Notes under the pieces: generated by a model
Told to the model about the DNA's origin: nothing
Database searches by the model: none
What the model saw: the letters and a program-made list of their open reading frames with translations, nothing else
In this document: positions 1 to 10,765 of the stretch, piece by piece
Position numbering within the stretch: the first letter of the stretch is position 1
Layout of the letters: every line of letters starts with the position of its first letter
Virus record (IMG/VR): IMGVR_UViG_3300005573_000004
Coordinates: 64,001-128,000 of that record
DNA length: 64,000 nt
Origin: a virus
Direction: 5' to 3' (one strand)
Position numbers and translations under genes: made by a program

Positions 1-15
1 AGTGAAAGGAGTATC

Positions 16-3000
16 ATGTCAGGAAAAGATACAGCTAGAAAGATTTTAAGTCAATTATTTAATTCAAATCCTAACCCACAACCTAATATTATAAAAGTAG
101 AAGCTATATTCATTGAGGATCTCACTCCAGAGGTAAAGAATAAATTAGTAAAGATAGCTTATAATACTTATGTAAAGAAATCAGATTTAAGTAGAGTTTG
201 GACTATTGAGAGAATTGACGGTAAAGATTATGTAGTAGCTGTAGATTCTGGAAGACAATTATCATATAATTATGATATTAAGCACTCTGATAGTGATATA
301 CAAATTGTTCGTGGGGATGAAGTTTTAGCTAGTTTTCCGGTTGATGAACTTACAGACGTTAACAGTTTAGCATCCTTTTTAAGAAATAAAGCTGCTATGT
401 ATAAATTTTTGCCTAGCCAATTATTTGTACAAGCGATGCGTAACGATTTTGAATCCTTTAAAAAAGTTTTTATTTCTGCTAATGCTTTGATGAGAAAGAG
501 TGCTGCAAATGATGTAGCACTGAGTATAGATACGGTAATTCCTACTGATGATGCTGCCATCAATGCCTTAAATTACACAGTAGATAACACTATTAAACCA
601 TATATAGACTCACTATTTTTGAATTATTCTGCACCAGGAGTACAAAACAACGATGAATTAATGAAAGAGATAGACTCTATACATAAGCAAATTATAAACG
701 CAATTAAAGGAGTTATAAATGCTGTAAAAGGTTCTTCTATTACACTTGAAGATTTATCAGACAAGATAATAGGTAACGAAACAATTTCATCGGCTTTAAA
801 CGAAATTGATCAACTTGCACAAAAATTTAACAATTTGGATAGCTATCCTGAAATAATTAGGACTTATTTGTTACTAGACACCTACGGCGTGAGTCAAGTT
901 ACAACAATGTTAGCAGCTAGTTTGTTTAGCTTATTAAAGGAGCGAAGTAAAACTAAAGATGTCTCTGAAGAGACTAAAGAGAATAGACGGAAACAGACAG
1001 TAGAAATTCTTACAGAAAGACAGCGTCTTGAAAGAGACATTACGTCTCGAGGTGGTAAAGTCTTAGGATATATAGAAGGAATTAATTCTTATTTACAAAT
1101 ATTAAAAAGATTGAAAGATGAACAAGACAATTTAAGATATCAATTAAACTCTTTAATTGATCGTTTACTGAAGTATATAGACATAAAATCAGACACATCA
1201 AATGACACATCAAAAGACACATTAAATGACACATTAAAAAACGCATTAAAGGATGTGATTGAGGGTCTCATTAGCAATCCATTAGAGATTACTAAGGAAC
1301 AATTAAAGGAAAAATTAAGATATATTTTTACGGAGTATTCTGACGACCAATTAAATAGATTGGTGGACGCGTTATCTGCTGCATTCAGTCAAGCGTTCTT
1401 TAAGTCTATTAAGACATTTTTTAACGAAGTAGGACTGCGTGTATTATCTCAAAGTGTATTGGGTAAATTATTTTACCAAGTTATTGATGAAGGTTCTATA
1501 CCAACGTTAGAGAGTTCTGAAATACCAAAAGACCTAGAAAAGTATAAACAGTATGTAGCAGATTTTAATGCGTTAGTTAGATCTAATGAAAGATTTGATA
1601 TAGTTTTGGCTAAATTTTTAGAGCGACATCCAGAGATAACTACAAAAGATCAAATCATGGATATAATAAATGGTATATCGGCTTTAGCACAGGTTTGGAC
1701 ACAGAAAGCTGCTAGTACCTTATATAAGAAAAATTTAGCTATTTCTTCTAGTCCTGGAATTGCAAATTCTTTAAACTCAGATATATATGAATTTATGAAT
1801 ACTTCTCATTATCTTGAGGATTTATTTGTAGAATTAATAAAATCCTTATCTAAGGAAGCACAGAACTTAATTTATGCAACAGAAAAACTTGATTTAAATG
1901 ACGAAAAAGATCTTCAAAAAATAAAACAATATCTTACCGACGAAGACCGTAGGAACTTTATAATTGCTATATTAATAATTGGAGCTATGGGGCATGTTAT
2001 ACTACTTCAAGGTGCAGCAATTACTCCTCATAATCTTGTTACTCCATCATTTGGAGGTTCCATAGTATCCGATATTAAGCAGGCTATTGAGCAGGCTATT
2101 GCGGCTGAAAAAAATAAGCCGAAAAAAGATTTAGATATCAAAGCTCTTAAAAAAGAAACAATAGAAGGGGCAAAAGTAAAAGTAGATTATCTACAATCTT
2201 CTCTTCTTATTCAATTAATGAAAATTAATCCAAAGTTTGTAAATGAGCGTGTAAAAAATTATAGCGGTGAGAACAAAGTAGATTTTATAAACTATTTAAG
2301 AGAGGGTTTACAAAACCAGTTAAAGGAATTAATGTCTGCTCATGCTAATTTTAAACAGGTTACTGACAACTCTCTTACTCTTTTAGGTGATCTATTACAA
2401 AAACCAGATAAAGAAAAAAAATTTTTAACAGCATTACCGTTTTTAGCTAGAAACAATGCACCAGTTACGACAAAGATAATAAAAAAAGGCAAAGATGTAA
2501 CTAAACAAGCTATAAACGAGTTTGCTACTGAATATTTTAGGACTTTAGCTTCCGCATATGTATATTATAACCAAGAGAATAGAAATAAAGTTAAAGAAGA
2601 ATTAACTAAAAAAATTGAGAAATGGCAAAAAAAATACAATACTACTGTAGATGCAGTTTTTGGTACAGGAGTAGATGCTTTAGTAAATACTCCGATACAG
2701 GTGGATATAGCTATAAGTTCTGTACCAGATTTAAGGAAACAGGCTCACTATGATTTAATAATTGGAAAGATTATTAACGGAATGAAAGATCTTACAAGAA
2801 ACCATACTTTAATGGGTATGCCTAATATTATGATGGCTTTATCACATCAAACTGGGTTTGTAGCATCTATTTTTGCAAAGTATATAGGACCAGAAAGTAT
2901 TACAGCTAATATCGAAAATTCACAGTTACAAATAGTAACACCAGAGAACAACATTAATTTAGGTACGCCAACTAGTCCATATTCATCTGGAAAAAGAAAA

Positions 3001-6000
3001 AATCCTATTATATTATCTAGGAAATTATATAAAATTAATGGATTTCCTGATTATTTTATTAGAAACTTTTTATTATCTGATCCTCAATTAAAGGAGCTAT
3101 ATGACGTTCTTTCTGATGACGTCCGGTATTTTACTGGAGCGATAAAATATAATAGTACTAAATTTAAAAGTGAGTGGGACCTGATTGCCGCTCATGTAAC
3201 AAGACTAGTCACCCCAGACAATCTTAATAAGGCTTATAATGACTTTTTAAAAGATTTGAAACGGTATTTGCCTCCTCCTCCTCCTCCTTCTACTACTTCT
3301 ACTACTACTCCAGCTAGTCAAGCTAGTCAAGCTCCAAATAATACGACCAATACCTTGGAAGACGTTCAAAATATGATATCAAACAAGACATATACCAAGA
3401 TAGAAAGAGAAGCAGAAGATTTTAAAGATAAACTTAATGCCCCGGATGGCCAGATGGTTTTGGATGATTTAATAATTGCATTTACAAGGGCTTTACACTT
3501 GGAGATTTTGACTAATCAGCCAGAAATGAACAAAGGTATATTAACTTTGAAGGCCTACTTAGCTAAATTATTAAAGCAGTCTTCTAGTTCTGATAACTTA
3601 CCGTCACTAGCGGGAGCATTAAACTCTTTGTCCTATTTATTAGATCTTGCGTATAGTTGTGCAAGTTTATGGCATCCAATGATAAAAACCGCAGCTAAGA
3701 AAAAGAAAAATATTGGCCCGGTTAATCCTGCTCCAACTAACCCGGCTCCAACTAATCCTGCTCCAACTAACCCGGCTCCAACTAATCCGGCTCCAACTAA
3801 CCCGGCTCCAACTAACCCGGCTCCAACTACCCCGGCTCCAACTACCCCGGCTCCAACTAACCCGGCTCCAACTAACCCGGCTCCAACTAACCCGGCTCCA
3901 ACTAACCAAATTAATCCTTATTTATCTACAATACAAGCTTTCGAGGAAGCAAACAAAACAATAAATGAAAGAATGCGAAGAGTATGGAATACAGTATATG
4001 AAGTTTCACAAGAGATTATTACAATGTCAAATGGTGTTAATTTATGGGGTAGGCATTCCGGTAAGCTCCCAGCAATGTTATTTGATTATATACCAACACT
4101 ACTAAATCATACAATAGGTTTCCTAGACTCTCAGCTTGAGTCTGGAGTTCCACAATTGAAAGCATCTTCTCAACGTAAACTGCATACATATCTCCAAGAC
4201 GTTATTAGATATGGAAACTCTTATAAGGGACTGAAAGCATATTTGAAAAAATTCTTAAAACCTGCCTGTGACAATGTAGAAAAGGGGTATACCAAGAAGA
4301 TAAATGATATAACTAATAAACTTACAGATATTGCTGCATCTATCAATAAAATTACTGCAGACCTAAAGAATACACAAAATAAAGATCAAATTGCGGAGTA
4401 TGAGAAACAAATTAATGAGTATAATGAGCAAAAAAAAGGACTTGAAGAAGCTAGAAAAAATATTGAAGCCAAACGTAACAAGATTGAGTCTCTAAAAAGA
4501 TATATAAATGAGGTGCTACAAAGTACGTATTCAAATGAGTATGAGCTGGCCAGCAAGATAACCGAGATACGTAGTCAATTCAATTATATATCAGTGTTTG
4601 GTGGTATGCCAGTAGAAATAGAAATGTACAATTTAGAGCCAGATTCATATTTTTCACCTCTTATACCTTCTACTGATGACGAGGCTACTTTAAAAAAATT
4701 ACGTTTGGTTGAAAAAATGTTGGGGATTGATTCACAATTAATTGATGGTTTATCTAATACGTTGGGAACTATTACACAGATTCGATTAACACTTGAGCTA
4801 GCTGGTGAAAAAATTCAAGTATTAGGGGAACCCATGAGTGATGCAGATCTTGTCCGTTTTAGCCAACTTTTCCCACTTAGTCCTACAGCACGACTGAGAG
4901 CTCATATGCATAGCACTTCTGGGATTTATGTATTATCAGATGGCCTCATTAATTTTTTATACCAAGAGTTACCTAAGGCTGATTATAAGGATTTTGTAGA
5001 TATGGTTGATAAAAAAATAAATGGAACTATCAACACAGTTTCAATAGATGATCGTATAAAGTTACTTTCTAAGATTTTGAAACTGATACTTCGATATGAT
5101 ATAGACTTTTATCAACATGATATTAGCACATTATTTTATTTATTAGAGATTCACCCTAGATTAGGTCGTGATATCGTAAAAAACATAAAGGATATGTTTG
5201 AGGACGTGGCTAAGACATTAACTGAACAAAGTAATCCAGGATCTAATAGTTTAGTTAACTATTATATAAATATTTTAGAAAGATATTTTAGCGGAACTCC
5301 TAATAATAATACTATAGCACAGTATCTTTTTAGGTTTTTGAATACTACAATGATGGGGTATATTTCGGAGAAATTTGGACAACAGGCACAGAGCAAGTTA
5401 AAAAACAGGATATTTGAAGATTACTGGGACACTGCTTTAAAAAAATTAAAGATAGCACTTAACAATCCAAAAGGATATTCTTCAAAAGTAGCACCTTATC
5501 TTATAAGAACTGAAGATATAGAGGCTAATGAGTTAGATATGAAAGGTAAGTTTACTAAAGACGATTTAGATTATATCTTTTCAATATTAGAGCAGCTATA
5601 TAATGAGAAGGCTTCGAATGTAACTTCTGGTAAAGTTGGTACAGTTGGTAGTAAACTATCTGAACTACTATACTCTGGTCAGTACAGTAGAATATTAGGA
5701 GCCGCAGTTGATGGATTAACTCAAATCGTACTTCCATGGATTATGAGAGGATTAGACGAAAACGATGTGATAACTAATTTCCCACCAGATATGCGTGAAG
5801 ATGTCCCTTATAAGCGGCCATATAATTCCTATTTATTGAAAGAATATCTGAGTGGTTTTATAATTAAATTATTTGGTATTTTAATAGATAGTTATATTGC
5901 CTTGAATGGGCAAACATATACAGGTAATATTGATTCTAAAATACAACAACTATCTAACGATCTTAGAAAAAAACTAAATGGACCTGTAAATTCGCGTCTT

Positions 6001-6390
6001 GATGAAGCTTGTAAGTACATTGTTGATATTATAGGTAAAGTTTTAAAGGATAAGATGGGTATTCTTCAAATACTGAATGTTACACAGACGACGGAACGCA
6101 CACCCATGATATTTTCGAAAGGAAGCTTTTTTAATTATAAAGATACATTTAATTATTCACTAATAAAAATTGGCGAGATAGCAGAAGCTATCCAAAATAT
6201 TGATCCAGATGTTAAAGATCCAGATATTAAAGATCTTGAAGCAAAAGCTAAAGCATTAGTCGCTTTATTAGTTAATCAAGTACAGAATATAAGTAGATTA
6301 TTAGATAAAGCTAAACAGGTTAATAAAGAATTAGAGGAAGAAATTAATAAAGAGGAAGAACTTAATAAATCAGAAAGTGATCTTCAATAA
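16..6390 (+). CDS. Giant (2124 aa), mostly helical hypothetical protein; possible internal head/ejection protein
   Basis: Long ORF with SD AAGGAG; coiled coils, poly-Pro/Thr stretch and (N/T)PAPT repeats; no enzyme motif recognised. Confidence 0.6.
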   Translation: MSGKDTARKILSQLFNSNPNPQPNIIKVEAIFIEDLTPEVKNKLVKIAYNTYVKKSDLSRVWTIERIDGKDYVVAVDSGRQLSYNYDIKHSDSDIQIVRGDEVLASFPVDELTDVNSLASFLRNKAAMYKFLPSQLFVQAMRNDFESFKKVFISANALMRKSAANDVALSIDTVIPTDDAAINALNYTVDNTIKPYIDSLFLNYSAPGVQNNDELMKEIDSIHKQIINAIKGVINAVKGSSITLEDLSDKIIGNETISSALNEIDQLAQKFNNLDSYPEIIRTYLLLDTYGVSQVTTMLAASLFSLLKERSKTKDVSEETKENRRKQTVEILTERQRLERDITSRGGKVLGYIEGINSYLQILKRLKDEQDNLRYQLNSLIDRLLKYIDIKSDTSNDTSKDTLNDTLKNALKDVIEGLISNPLEITKEQLKEKLRYIFTEYSDDQLNRLVDALSAAFSQAFFKSIKTFFNEVGLRVLSQSVLGKLFYQVIDEGSIPTLESSEIPKDLEKYKQYVADFNALVRSNERFDIVLAKFLERHPEITTKDQIMDIINGISALAQVWTQKAASTLYKKNLAISSSPGIANSLNSDIYEFMNTSHYLEDLFVELIKSLSKEAQNLIYATEKLDLNDEKDLQKIKQYLTDEDRRNFIIAILIIGAMGHVILLQGAAITPHNLVTPSFGGSIVSDIKQAIEQAIAAEKNKPKKDLDIKALKKETIEGAKVKVDYLQSSLLIQLMKINPKFVNERVKNYSGENKVDFINYLREGLQNQLKELMSAHANFKQVTDNSLTLLGDLLQKPDKEKKFLTALPFLARNNAPVTTKIIKKGKDVTKQAINEFATEYFRTLASAYVYYNQENRNKVKEELTKKIEKWQKKYNTTVDAVFGTGVDALVNTPIQVDIAISSVPDLRKQAHYDLIIGKIINGMKDLTRNHTLMGMPNIMMALSHQTGFVASIFAKYIGPESITANIENSQLQIVTPENNINLGTPTSPYSSGKRKNPIILSRKLYKINGFPDYFIRNFLLSDPQLKELYDVLSDDVRYFTGAIKYNSTKFKSEWDLIAAHVTRLVTPDNLNKAYNDFLKDLKRYLPPPPPPSTTSTTTPASQASQAPNNTTNTLEDVQNMISNKTYTKIEREAEDFKDKLNAPDGQMVLDDLIIAFTRALHLEILTNQPEMNKGILTLKAYLAKLLKQSSSSDNLPSLAGALNSLSYLLDLAYSCASLWHPMIKTAAKKKKNIGPVNPAPTNPAPTNPAPTNPAPTNPAPTNPAPTNPAPTTPAPTTPAPTNPAPTNPAPTNPAPTNQINPYLSTIQAFEEANKTINERMRRVWNTVYEVSQEIITMSNGVNLWGRHSGKLPAMLFDYIPTLLNHTIGFLDSQLESGVPQLKASSQRKLHTYLQDVIRYGNSYKGLKAYLKKFLKPACDNVEKGYTKKINDITNKLTDIAASINKITADLKNTQNKDQIAEYEKQINEYNEQKKGLEEARKNIEAKRNKIESLKRYINEVLQSTYSNEYELASKITEIRSQFNYISVFGGMPVEIEMYNLEPDSYFSPLIPSTDDEATLKKLRLVEKMLGIDSQLIDGLSNTLGTITQIRLTLELAGEKIQVLGEPMSDADLVRFSQLFPLSPTARLRAHMHSTSGIYVLSDGLINFLYQELPKADYKDFVDMVDKKINGTINTVSIDDRIKLLSKILKLILRYDIDFYQHDISTLFYLLEIHPRLGRDIVKNIKDMFEDVAKTLTEQSNPGSNSLVNYYINILERYFSGTPNNNTIAQYLFRFLNTTMMGYISEKFGQQAQSKLKNRIFEDYWDTALKKLKIALNNPKGYSSKVAPYLIRTEDIEANELDMKGKFTKDDLDYIFSILEQLYNEKASNVTSGKVGTVGSKLSELLYSGQYSRILGAAVDGLTQIVLPWIMRGLDENDVITNFPPDMREDVPYKRPYNSYLLKEYLSGFIIKLFGILIDSYIALNGQTYTGNIDSKIQQLSNDLRKKLNGPVNSRLDEACKYIVDIIGKVLKDKMGILQILNVTQTTERTPMIFSKGSFFNYKDTFNYSLIKIGEIAEAIQNIDPDVKDPDIKDLEAKAKALVALLVNQVQNISRLLDKAKQVNKELEEEINKEEELNKSESDLQ
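3724..3903 (+). repeat. 15-bp in-frame tandem repeat x12 encoding (N/T)PAPT
   Basis: AAYCCKGCTCCAACT-type units read directly. Confidence 0.97.
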
Positions 6391-6411
6391 ATTTAAGGAG
6401 GAACTAAATTA

Positions 6412-7575
6412 ATGACAAGACAAGATTTAATTGTAAAAGCATACGTGCATTATGCAGGTATACCAAGATTTGATGATAAGATATTTAAGCAGTTTGTAGG
6501 AGAATTTCCGGAATTGATTCGTGAATTTCCGAAAGCTCAACTACGTCAAATGATTGTACGCGGTGCCGAAGCGTTTAGGGATGAAATTGATCCAGTAATT
6601 GATATTAATGAAATTCGCAAAAATGTTGGGAGAGAAAATACCGAACTTGAGTATTTTTTTAATCATGCTCCTACACGCTTAAAAGCTTTTATTGATCATT
6701 TTAAGACTTTTCCGTTTAAATCGGCATCAAACAAATCTATAGTGAAGAAATCTATTTTAACTGTCTATGGAGAAGATGTTCAAAATCCAGAGTCTACAAT
6801 GAATAAAAATTTAGATAAAGAATTATCCGATATTTTAAATTCTGATGCTACTAATCCGTCCACAACTCCAGAAACTCCAAATACTTCAGATATTTTAGAT
6901 ACTTCAGAGACTAAAAATACTTCCGAAACTACTCTAGGAGAAGATATAAAACCTGAAGGAGAGTCTACGGCAGAGTCTTTACCTCCAGAAATAGAAGACG
7001 AAGCAGTTGCAACGCTAAATGGATATTTACAAAAGGATGTCTTTAATAACAAGCTTATACCAGTAGTAAAAATTGTAGAAGCGTGGAAACTCCAAAACGG
7101 CTATATAGTAACTTTTGAACTTTCCTCCTTAGATAAATCAAAAAAAGTTTATGCGTCAGCTGTTGTTTATAATGATAAATTAGTTCTTCCTGCTGAATTA
7201 CGAGATGAAAATGATCAAGTTATTGGTGAATTTAATAAAGATACTATTCTTAATGTATTTGCTGAGACAGAAAGTGAAATGCCTACTGATTCCGACAATT
7301 ATCAGGATCTTATGAGTGAAATGATAAAAACCAGATCACCAGCAAAAGCGAGTAAAATACTTGATAAGATTATACAGAGATTTGGAGCAGAAGTTGGCAG
7401 AAATGCTTTTGATACTTTTACCAGGGTTAAATATAAGAAAACTTCTGCTGATCCAATTAGACCTGCAGATTTATTAGATGTTAAATTTGCGTCAGATTTC
7501 CCGGATTTAGAGTTTGAAGAAACTATGGATCCAGATACCAAAAAAATTATGGATAATCTAAGGAGGAAGAAATAA
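6412..7575 (+). CDS. Hypothetical protein, probable head-associated
   Basis: SD AAGGAGG; acidic S/T/E-rich linker; KSAS and KFAS motifs. Confidence 0.6.
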   Translation: MTRQDLIVKAYVHYAGIPRFDDKIFKQFVGEFPELIREFPKAQLRQMIVRGAEAFRDEIDPVIDINEIRKNVGRENTELEYFFNHAPTRLKAFIDHFKTFPFKSASNKSIVKKSILTVYGEDVQNPESTMNKNLDKELSDILNSDATNPSTTPETPNTSDILDTSETKNTSETTLGEDIKPEGESTAESLPPEIEDEAVATLNGYLQKDVFNNKLIPVVKIVEAWKLQNGYIVTFELSSLDKSKKVYASAVVYNDKLVLPAELRDENDQVIGEFNKDTILNVFAETESEMPTDSDNYQDLMSEMIKTRSPAKASKILDKIIQRFGAEVGRNAFDTFTRVKYKKTSADPIRPADLLDVKFASDFPDLEFEETMDPDTKKIMDNLRRKK

Positions 7576-8504
7576 TGAAAGTTTATTCTTATAATAATCA
7601 GTTAGTCGCGATCTTAAAAGAAACTCCAGAAACTGTAACATTTATTACTGCATCTGGAGATATAAAAGAGATACCGCAAAGCAAAGCTATAGTAGAAGAA
7701 GCAAAACTTATTACAGCTGGAGTTTATAATGATAAATTTATCCAAGCAGCACTTGGCGGTTTGGTTTCTGCTCCAAAGTATATTAAAAAGACTGGTGGTC
7801 TTATGTTATATGTAGGCAAACACGGTATTGCTTATGTTGAGCCACAGGGAAAAGGTTTAGTTAAGTATGCTATTGGAGTAGATAGTGGTGCATTTGTAAA
7901 TCCAGAAGAAGTTAATAAGAAAAAGATTCCTCACGGTAAAGAACCAGATTGGGATAAAGATAAACTCTTTAAAGAAGACATGAGAAAAGATAACGGCAAG
8001 GGTGGGAAGAATACGAAAAAGCCTATGGATGAAATTGATGATTTAGAAAGTATGGACTCTTCAGTTCCTGAAACTTTAGATATAGCAGATCCGAATGAAC
8101 AACTTGGTCAGGTTAAATCCATAGTATTGAAATGGGATAGTCCTAAAATAGATGGGTCTATTGAAGATATTAAGAGCATGTTTGGGGAAGGAAAACCGCT
8201 TCCAGAACCTACTAGTATTGTTATAGATACTGGTGAGGAACGTATTACAAGTAAGAAAACTTTAAATACAGCTTCTATACAAGAACGTATAAAAACAGCA
8301 CGTTCTGTAGGGGCTCCAGGTTTAGGTCTTACTCCTACTATGTCACATACATGCCCGAAATGTCAAAGTTTATTAATGTATAAATGGGATCCTCAGAAAC
8401 AAGAAACATTATTAGTTTGTCCTGTTTGTGGTTATACGGAAAGATATGAACGAGATGAAGAAACCCAAAGAACGATTCCAATAGAAAAAAGAGAAACCAA
8501 CTAG
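7575..8504 (+). CDS. Hypothetical protein with C-terminal zinc ribbon
   Basis: CPKC...CPVC; TAATG overlap with the previous gene; SD AGGAGG. Confidence 0.7.
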   Translation: MKVYSYNNQLVAILKETPETVTFITASGDIKEIPQSKAIVEEAKLITAGVYNDKFIQAALGGLVSAPKYIKKTGGLMLYVGKHGIAYVEPQGKGLVKYAIGVDSGAFVNPEEVNKKKIPHGKEPDWDKDKLFKEDMRKDNGKGGKNTKKPMDEIDDLESMDSSVPETLDIADPNEQLGQVKSIVLKWDSPKIDGSIEDIKSMFGEGKPLPEPTSIVIDTGEERITSKKTLNTASIQERIKTARSVGAPGLGLTPTMSHTCPKCQSLLMYKWDPQKQETLLVCPVCGYTERYERDEETQRTIPIEKRETN

Positions 8505-8517
8505 AGGGAGTTTTCTA

Positions 8518-8913
8518 ATGCCAATTCCAGATGGTTTGTTAGATACATTAAAATATGTTAGAACTGATGGAGTTTCACGAGCTTGCCCTGTTTGTGGTGC
8601 TCCAATGGAACATATAACAGATGGATTGAACGTAATTAATAAATGTTTTCAGTGTGGTTTTTCTGAAAAGCCTACTGGAGATATTAGTAATCAACATAAA
8701 TATGATCATACAATTACTATTGTAACAGCTTTTCTACAGAAACGAGGATTTTTTGAATTATATCAGCCTTTAGATGAAAAACTTTTTAATTCATTGATTT
8801 CTGCTGGTAGAGATACTGAAACAGCTAGGGAGGAAGTAATTAGAGATTTAGATTTAAAAGGAGAAGCTTTGGAATATTTTAATTCAAAAGTAGATTTTTT
8901 AGGTAATTTGTAA
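8518..8913 (+). CDS. Small zinc-ribbon protein
   Basis: CPVC...CFQC. Confidence 0.7.
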   Translation: MPIPDGLLDTLKYVRTDGVSRACPVCGAPMEHITDGLNVINKCFQCGFSEKPTGDISNQHKYDHTITIVTAFLQKRGFFELYQPLDEKLFNSLISAGRDTETAREEVIRDLDLKGEALEYFNSKVDFLGNL

Positions 8914-8925
8914 CAAAGGAGGTAG

Positions 8926-9627
8926 CTGACTATTAAATTTGAAGAAGTCCTTTTACATCCTTATTATGATACTATCAAACAGAAATGTTTTGCTGATGAA
9001 CCAGCTACTGAAATCTCTAATTGGATTAAAAATACAGTAGATGCAGATGCTAATATTCCACAAGAAAAGAAAACGGATTATTATGTTTCTGATAGAAAAA
9101 TAAGTGCATATAAAAAGTTATTGCAGGAACAGACAAAAGATATTATGGTGAGTATGGAAAAACCTATGGCTGTACTTCCTACTCAACCTATTTCTGCAAA
9201 ACAAATTGATATACAGCATAACGAAGGTGCTGTATTAAAACCTATTATTTCAAAAGATATTGAACGAAATATATTAAATGTAAATGAAACATTCTTAAAT
9301 TTAGCTAGCACAGTTGAAGATCTTATTCAAAAATTATTAAAAGAAGAAGCTCAGTTTGGGGTTAGAGATACTGGAATGATTAGAACGATTCGTAGCCTTT
9401 TAGCAGAACTTAGGCAATTACTTGAACTTTATTGTAAATTAACTGGGCGTGAAGATTTTGCTAAATCTTTGGGTAGTAATTTGGGAGAAGCTGCAGCTAA
9501 AAATATTATTAATAAAGAAACTAAAGAGAAACTGATGGTATATATACGAAATCTTGTGGCTGATTTAAATCCTGAAGCTATATCAAAAACTCTTGCAGAA
9601 TTGGAGGCTATTTTGCGTGGCGAGTAA
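8926..9627 (+). CDS. HTH-like/helical protein, possibly terminase small subunit; probable non-canonical start (CTG 8926 or ATT 8932)
   Basis: Frame is open 65 codons upstream of the TTG at 9121; SD AGGAGGT at 8917-8923; extension HPYYDTIKQKCFADEPATEISNWIK looks HTH-like. Confidence 0.55.
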   Translation: MTIKFEEVLLHPYYDTIKQKCFADEPATEISNWIKNTVDADANIPQEKKTDYYVSDRKISAYKKLLQEQTKDIMVSMEKPMAVLPTQPISAKQIDIQHNEGAVLKPIISKDIERNILNVNETFLNLASTVEDLIQKLLKEEAQFGVRDTGMIRTIRSLLAELRQLLELYCKLTGREDFAKSLGSNLGEAAAKNIINKETKEKLMVYIRNLVADLNPEAISKTLAELEAILRGE

Positions 9628-10585
9628 TTCATATATAAATCCATTTATGTTATCTATTGAGCCTGGTAAAAAACGCAAACATCATTCTGAAGGAATGAAA
9701 GATGTTAAACGTCAAGAGATTAATAACGAAGGATATGCCAAAGAAATAGGTTCGGGCACAGATGAAACTGGATATGGGGAAAATGATAAAGACAAGGCTC
9801 CTTGGATGAAAAATCTACATCAATTTTTATCAGGTCCAGATAGTATGAACCCAGATATGAAAAACATGCCTGGAAATCCATATTATTCTTATACTAGTAG
9901 CGGATATAGTTATTATGGAATGATACGTCGTGCAGTTATAGAAACTGTGAAAGAGAAAGTAAGAAATGCTCTTGATCGTGCCAAGAAAGAAGGAATAATA
10001 GACAAAGATCAAAGTATTTTTGACGTTAAGATTGATATTCCTGGAGTTGGTCCAGTAACATATGATCAACTTACTGAGGCTATGGCTGAAAAAGCTCTAA
10101 AGATATTAAACAAAATGATATCAGAAAAACATAAAACAAAATCAGAGGAATCAGAAGGAGCTTTAGGTTCTGATAAATTGCCTGATTTAGGACTTGGAGG
10201 TTTAGGTAATGTAGGAGGACCAGGAGGATCAGAAGGCAGCAGTTTAGGTGGTGCTTCAGAAGGTGGAGATCCAGCTGCAGAACTAGATGAAGCTCTAAAT
10301 GCTCTTCAACAACTGAACGCTTCATTTAATTTAAATATAAAAACAGGAAAAGGTAATAAACAGCAATTTCCAATTTCAGGCGAAACAGATGAAAAACATA
10401 AAAAACGTAAAATGGTAGAACAATTGAGTAAAGATGAAGAAGAGGAAGTAGAATTCTATAAAACACAGCACGAACCGAATTTAGAGTCAAAACCATATAT
10501 TCAGGATGGTAATGGAAATACTAATCCTGAGCAAGCATTTGCAAATGATCCTATGTGGAATAATGTTTATATGTGGATGGGCTAA
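9593..10585 (+). CDS. Hypothetical protein with Gly-rich linker (true start probably ATG 9647 or 9695)
   Basis: ORF track; low-complexity GGLG segment. Confidence 0.6.
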   Translation: MQNWRLFCVASNSYINPFMLSIEPGKKRKHHSEGMKDVKRQEINNEGYAKEIGSGTDETGYGENDKDKAPWMKNLHQFLSGPDSMNPDMKNMPGNPYYSYTSSGYSYYGMIRRAVIETVKEKVRNALDRAKKEGIIDKDQSIFDVKIDIPGVGPVTYDQLTEAMAEKALKILNKMISEKHKTKSEESEGALGSDKLPDLGLGGLGNVGGPGGSEGSSLGGASEGGDPAAELDEALNALQQLNASFNLNIKTGKGNKQQFPISGETDEKHKKRKMVEQLSKDEEEEVEFYKTQHEPNLESKPYIQDGNGNTNPEQAFANDPMWNNVYMWMG

Positions 10586-10591
10586 TTGGTC

Positions 10592-10765
10592 ATGGAAAAA
10601 ACTGATTTATTAATTCAAAGGATTACAAAGTTAGTAAGAGAATTGCCTCAAGGGGCAATGACATATGAATTAGAACTTTTGTTCACTGAATTAACCAAAC
10701 AAATTGATAAAATTCGCAAGGAGGCTAAAAAGCAATGCAAGACAAAATTATCAAACAAGGAATAG
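10592..10765 (+). CDS. Small hypothetical protein (57 aa, MEKTDLLIQRITK...), below the ORF-track cutoff
   Basis: Manual translation; fills the gap between co-oriented genes. Confidence 0.5.
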   Translation: MEKTDLLIQRITKLVRELPQGAMTYELELLFTELTKQIDKIRKEAKKQCKTKLSNKE

